64,000 bases of DNA from the human T2T-CHM13v2.0 reference genome, Homo sapiens, in the NCBI RefSeq assembly GCF_009914755.1, contig NC_060925.1; one strand, 5' to 3'. The notes under the pieces are model-generated. The model worked only from the letters and a program-made list of their open reading frames with translations. It was not told the origin of the DNA and made no database searches. Both the position numbers and the translations under genes were made by a program. Below, piece by piece: positions 57,033 through 64,000 of the stretch. Each line of letters begins with the position of its first letter. The stretch's first letter is position 1.

Positions 57033-57333
57033 TTTGTTTTGTTTTTCTTTTGAGACGGAGTCTCACTCTGTCACCCAGCCTGGAGAGCAGTGGCGCTATC
57101 TGGGCTCACTGCAACCTCCGCCTCCTGGGTTCAAGCGATCCTCCTGCCTCAGCCTCCCGAATAGCTGGGATTACAGGCATGCACCACCACACCCGGCTAA
57201 TTTTTGTATTTTTAGTAGAGATGGGGTTTCTCCATGTTGGCCAGGCTGGTCTCGAACTCCTGACCTCAGGTGAGCTGCCTGCCTCGGCCTCCCAAAGTGC
57301 TGGGATTACAGGTGTGAGCCACCGTGCCTGGCC
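57033..57333 (-). mobile_element. AluS
   Basis: Full antisense Alu about 815 nt upstream of the KIF26B exon. Confidence 0.95.
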
Positions 57334-58147
57334 AAGATTATCATGTTTTAAGTGTTACAGGACACTTGAATGATGGACGATGTCATTGGAACAGCCTATG
57401 TTATTAATGATGCCGGCAGCCTCCCCTCCCACCTTTCCCTGCCTTCACACTCTGTGCCCCCTTCAGTGCTTTGACCCCTTACTCCTCGCACTTGACCATG
57501 AATTGCATTTTGTATTTAAAGACCTCCCTGCACAATATCCTCTTATCTACGTAAGCAGCCCATAGCCTCAGCGCCCTGCACCCTGGTTGGAGTTCACCTT
57601 CTGATTTGGTGGTATATTTCTAAAACCAGTTTGATTTTTCCTGTTGCACTGGGGCTTGTGTTTTTCTTCCAGTGCCCTGTACATAGCATGCCTTGACTGG
57701 TCTCCACATCGTTCTTCATCAGACTGGTTTGGATTTTACAAGGTGTTAGAGTTTTTAAATTAGCTCATGAGGTCTCTCGCACCTGAGTTTATGCCAGAGA
57801 AGTTGTGGAGTGATGAACTTAATGGGTGCCCTTATCCCCAAAGATGCCCAGCTTTGTTCCTGCTTAAGCTGAATGTTGGTGGATAACACATCATTCTTTG
57901 TAAATCGTGATTGCAGAATCCTGCTATTTTATGGCTTTGTTTTTCCTTTTGTCGTATAAATGATTGGGTAGCTCGTTAACTTCACTCTGTTATAGTAAGG
58001 GACTGCTACAGAGGACACTGAGCAGGAGGAGAGAAGGAATGATTAGGCCTCAGAAAGAACGAGGGGTTTTTTAAGAGAAAACGAAGTAAGCCTAGCAGAT
58101 CTGATCGTACAATCATTTTCCCCTTATTGTTCCTTTTTCCACTCCAG

Positions 58148-58331
58148 AGCTGCCCAGAAGTTAAATCTGTCTTCTAAAAAGAAGAAACATCGGCCTTCCA
58201 CTTCTTCCGCTGCCGAACCACCGCTCTTTGCAACCAGCTTCAGTGGGATTCTGCAGACCTCCCCTCCCCCAGCCCCACCCTGCCTGCTGAGGGCTGTCAA
58301 CAAGGTGAAGGACACCCCGGGGCTGGGCAAG
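58148..58331 (+). CDS. KIF26B: Internal coding exon of kinesin-like protein KIF26B (exon immediately preceding the motor domain; probably exon 5)
   Basis: Pyrimidine tract ...cccttattgttcctttttccactccag ends at 58147, and donor AAG|gtagga starts at 58332. The 184 nt are 1 nt plus 61 codons, [62 protein letters not shown] recognise this as the KIF26B segment before VKVMLRI of the motor domain. Confidence 0.96.
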
Positions 58332-59451
58332 GTAGGACCATCCGCCGTCCCTGCCATTTGCCCAGTGTGCGAGGTTCTGGATCAAGTTTCAGGAGGAAGA
58401 AAATGAGGCCTCCAATGTATTAAAATAAGACGTTGCCAGGGAGAAAAGGAGGCAAGATGAAATTCATTTGAAAGTCCTGAAAATTGTCATGGTTGCATAC
58501 ACTAAGTGGTAAACTAAGACCTTCAGATTGTAAGAGATCTGATTTGCTTTTGGTGGGAAAAATCAGCTTTGCATTGTTTGACAGAATCGTAGCCATTTAA
58601 AGAAAAGACACAAAGGCACAAAATATCGAGGCAGGGGCAGGAGACCGAGGGAGGCCACAGCACAAGGTACAGAAATGAGACGTAATGAGGCCTCATAATT
58701 TCCCTGTGACACTTTCGAGTTTTTGCCTCCTCTTCAGAGAAATCCTGACTTCTGCTTTGAAGCAGCCCACTGAGGGGATTGTGAGGAACGCTGCAGTCTT
58801 GCCTTTCTAGCCAACAAGTGCGATTTCGAATTGTTACAAATGCTCAGGAAGAGATGTAGGATCGTGCTTACAAGCTGTTGCTCAGCTACACTTGGGATCA
58901 CTTTATTTTTAAATGTCATTTCTAAATTCTTTCTCCCTTCCGAGGAAAGCGTTTGGGTGAAGTAACTTACGGTTTACTCATCATTGGTGAATAAGCCAGG
59001 GCTCATACAAACATGTAGTGAAAGAAAGACGTGGCGGTTTAATTTTTTATTTTTATCAAAAGTAGGAGTGGTGCACACGACCTCACTGGTCCTTTACAGA
59101 CTTAACGTGACTCCGGCCCTGGGCTTCATTTGGCCGGCGTTGCTAGTCTTGCTGAAGCTCCGGAGCAACTACTAAACTGTGGGGATTTAGATTTTACTTG
59201 TTCAGTTCGCAGACTGCCAGTCCCCTGGGTACCCAAACACGGTCATGCCTGGGTTTCTGGGCCTCAGAAGGCCTCTGTCTCTCTGGAGTCTCCCCTTGCA
59301 CCCTCTACCCTCTCTTCTTTTCACCTTTCCCAGTTTCTCCCGTGTCCTTCCATGCTCTCCCACCCTCAATCTCACCACCTCGTTGGGAAGGTATTAACTT
59401 CATGTGGTACTTTTCCCAAGAAGAGTTTAAATTTTAAGATTACATGGAATA

Positions 59452-59725
59452 GGTCAGGCACTGTGGCTCACACCTGTAATCCCAGAGCTTTGGGAGGCCA
59501 CAGCAAGAGAAGCACTTGAGGCTAGGAGTTCAAGACCAGCCTGGGTAACATAGCAAGACCCTGTCTCTACAAAAAATTTAAAAGTCAGCTGGGCACAGTG
59601 GCAGATGCCTGTAGTCCCAGCTACTCAGGAGGCTAAGGAGGGAGGATCACTTGAGCCCAGGAGTTAGAGGCTGCAGTGAGCAATGATCGTGCCACTGCAC
59701 TCTAGCCTGGGCCACAGAGTGTCTC
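59452..59725 (+). mobile_element. AluJ
   Basis: AluJ diagnostics ggaggatcacttgagcccaggag. Confidence 0.9.
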
Positions 59726-61023
59726 TATTTTTTGAAAACTTACATTGAACAGAGCAGTGCCTCCTCTGAGGGGAAGCATCCAGTCCTGGAGCTTTCCTTG
59801 GTGGTGGGCAGGGCAGACAGTTTTCAGCTGAGGGCTTTCCCAGGCCCAGCAGCAAAGTAAGACCCAAGGAGGCAGGGCAGTGGCCTGGGCTGTCTACAGG
59901 GCCTGCCCCAGCATCACTGGACATGGAAGCAGGTGGAAAAAACAGTGTGGACCAGGACTCCTGTCCAGGAGAGGACTCAGTGGGTGGGAGCCCCCGAGGA
60001 GGGGCCGTGGTACGCCACAGGGGCACACGGGTGTGATCGTGGATGGTTGATTCGCTGCCTTCTAAGGAGGGTGGGTCCAAGTAACTGCTGGGATCTTCTA
60101 TTCTTTTTTACATTTTTTATTTTTAATTGTGGTAAGATACAGGTAACATAAAATGTACCATCTGAACTGCTTTTAAGTGTACATGGGCTCTTGTTTTGCA
60201 AAGAGGGATTTGGAACTTCAGTGCCGGAGCTGAACTGCTCTGGACACAGTGAAATCAAGCTGTCAGTGCAGTGACCTTCCCCTCCTGTACTCTAAGCCAG
60301 TTCTCTTCTGAATAAGTGTGAGCAAATGTTTAAGTGGTATCTCCTTGAAAAGGTGCCAGATGATCAGCCAGCCTGGGGTGCTCATGTACCCCAATACCGC
60401 CCTGTCCAGGGCACCTCAAAATGAAGCACATCAGAAACCGTCCTCCTGCATCTACAGTACTGGCCTTGTCTGTGGTTCCTACAAGGGTTGATGTGGATGC
60501 ATCTTCAGGTGGCTCCGACCTCTCCCCCTCTATCCCTAATGACCTCCCTGGAATTCTGAGACAAGGACATCAGGGTGCCAAGGCCAGGGACCAAAACAGC
60601 AGAAAGAGTGTCCCAGCCAGCAGGATGACCCAGCACTGACACAAAAATAGTTTAGAGGGCAAAGGACACTGGTCCAATCTTGATTTCATGATGTACCATA
60701 TGTAGTGACCACAGATAAGGGGCCTTACAATGAGGAGTTATGCTTGTTAGTAAACTAAAGTTTGCATTTCACACTTTTTTAAAAACATTAAAGATATCTC
60801 TCTCACTGATTTGCAATCCAAAATGTAATCAAAGCCCTGAGTTCACCCATGAGACTGGGGTCACAGAACATCATAAGAGAAGGTGTGGCTTCCATCTGCC
60901 CAGTGGCCACGTGGCAGCTGAGGCCACCCTCCTGATCTGCTCAGGCTTCTGGGGCATGGGTAACAGTGAGGGGGAGGAAGTGACAGTTGGAGAGAATGTG
61001 TACCATGATTGGAACAAGAAGTT

Positions 61024-61396
<373 letters not shown>

Positions 61397-62377
61397 TTAC
61401 TCTGCCCTACCATATGGTGCCAAACTGCCTGACCTCAGCGAAGGCCCATCCTCCCAGACTCCTGCTCTCTCCACCTCCACGGATATCTCACCATCATTAG
61501 GAACAGCAGTTCTTTATACCCATGTGGAAAAATTTCCATCAATTTATCTGTTGCATAATTTATATTTTAATATCACCAAGAAATACAGTGGAGTTTAATA
61601 TAGAACATAAATAATTGGCGCTATATATAAATCGGCAGGTTTGAGGTAGACAAGTTTGATGGAATTCCCAAAAGCAAGTTGATTGATTATTTAAACCTGA
61701 CCTGGAGTCTCCTAGAGTGGAGGAGGGGAGCAGGAATCTCCAACGCTTGAGATGGCCCTGAAGGTGAGAGTGTTGTCACCCAGCCGGACCACTGCCCCTC
61801 AGCCTCAGCCACCCACCACCTCCCTCTGGAAACCTGGGAGGCCTTCCTCCATAGGAACAGATTTCATGGGTTTATGTAGAGCAACTTCTTATTTAGTAGA
61901 CAAGAAAACTGAGGCCCAGTGAAGGTAACAGGTTTTCCAGTGACTCCAGAAGCAGGGCAAGAAGTCAGGACCTTTCGGCCATTTTATTTCCTACTGTATC
62001 ACTGGCTGTCACTAGATAAACATGACCCTTGACAATTTGGGGTGGAGACAAGAGTGTCATGGAACTGCAGTGGTAGCAAAATAACGTTGGGAACCAATTG
62101 CCTTTGTCCAGTGGGGAAAGACATACTTTTCAGAGTCAGGATTGGGAGAGGAAGGGGAATAACAGCCAAGAATAGATACACAGAATGAGGGAGAAGGGAG
62201 GCGTGCTATCCCATCCCTTCCCTCCTTCCCACTCCCTGCTGTTTCCAGCAACAATCCCACTCCCCAGCCACCACCAGGGAGTCATTTCTGGCCACTGAGC
62301 ACCTCTTGAGGCAAAAGCTTTTCTGGAGGCCATGGTGATGGAAGAAATGGAGGTAATTTCCATGTACTTGGAGTTGA

Positions 62378-62773
<396 letters not shown>

Positions 62774-63540
62774 TAAGCACCTACTAGGTGTTAGGTACTG
62801 TGCTGAGCGGTAGGCTTAGGTTTGAAATAATGGACAAGGCAGAGCACCTGTCCTTAAGGTACTTATAACTTAGTGCTTTATTCCAGTCAGTCTTAGAAAG
62901 CTCACCAATTTGGGCCAATATGAAGGACAATCTGATTTAAGGAAAAATCAGGATTGTAGGCTTAAAATGATTCTGTCTCACTTTGAAGTTACATAAACAA
63001 ATTATGCTACTAAGTAGTCTTATAGAGATATTCTTAATAAGCAGATAAAGATGATTAGTGGATCAAAGCAGCTTAGTCCCCATTCATATTTCACTGATTT
63101 GGCTTATATGTAAATGATGATTCTAATCTGTTTGAAAACGGTTGCTTCTCCTAAGTCAGTTCTTCATGAAATTTGTTTGCACAATTAATTAACATCCATG
63201 TTTAAGGTTCATTTGTTAGTATGTCACAGCTTAATGTCAGAGCTTTCTGTCTTGGATTAGAAGCTTCCAGAGCAAAGCATGTTATCTGTTTGACTTGCTA
63301 AGTATATGGCTCTGCAGCCACACCATGGTGCATCAACATTTTTAAAAGTGAGAATGGTAATGGTGACAGTCATATTGGATTGATGACAATCAACCTTTTA
63401 CCCTTTTAGGGTAGAAGTCATTCAGTTACTAACTCCTTGTGACACTGTATGGAAGAGAAAGACAAGATTTCTGTTCAGTTTACATTCTTCTTAGAGGAAG
63501 AGGAGAACAAGATTTTTAAAATTAGATTAAAATACTGTGG

Positions 63541-63711
<171 letters not shown>

Positions 63712-64000
63712 TAAAAAAGGTACTCGGTAGCTGTTATTCACTCAGTCAACAAGTAGAAACAGTGGGGATAGCTCTCTGTTGTTCAGGAGGTGATGCCGGG
63801 GAAAATCTCATGCCTTTCAGCCCACCAAGGTGCAGTTTATTTACACACAGATTGTCCAATTCCTCATTATTATTGCTGTCCTTCCTCATCCTGAAGCATG
63901 ACCAAAGAGAAAAGCTCTGAGCCAGAATTAACATCTTTACTTCAAGTATTCATAAAGAATTCAAATGTGATGGACAATTCTGGATCCCACTGGATCCCAG

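Overview
Primate, almost certainly human, genomic DNA. It is mostly one long intron of the kinesin-11 gene KIF26B on the + strand. One internal coding exon is clearly recognisable at 58148-58331 (184 nt, AG/GT bounded). It encodes [61 protein letters not shown], which lies just before the motor domain. About 30 kb upstream is a probable alternative first exon. It has a CT-rich promoter-like region, an in-frame upstream stop, and ATG ATG ATG GAT TGG AAA GCA GT|gtaagt, which splices in frame to that exon and gives a short MMMDWKAV-AAQK... isoform; a 4-codon uORF overlaps its start codon. The rest is about 34 Alus (22 on -, 12 on +), old L1, L2 and MIR fragments, MLT1/LTR16 LTRs, Tigger3/MER DNA transposons and microsatellites. 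Nearly all ORFs in the supplied track are Alu or low-complexity artefacts. The main observations worth follow-up are: a candidate frame-preserving 27-nt microexon, a candidate 18-nt poison microexon, a possibly exonisable antisense Alu, an inverted AluY pair sharing a private 4-bp insertion, and several templated-insertion or fold-back mutation scars. Repeat subfamily calls and boundaries were made by eye and are approximate. No database was consulted.
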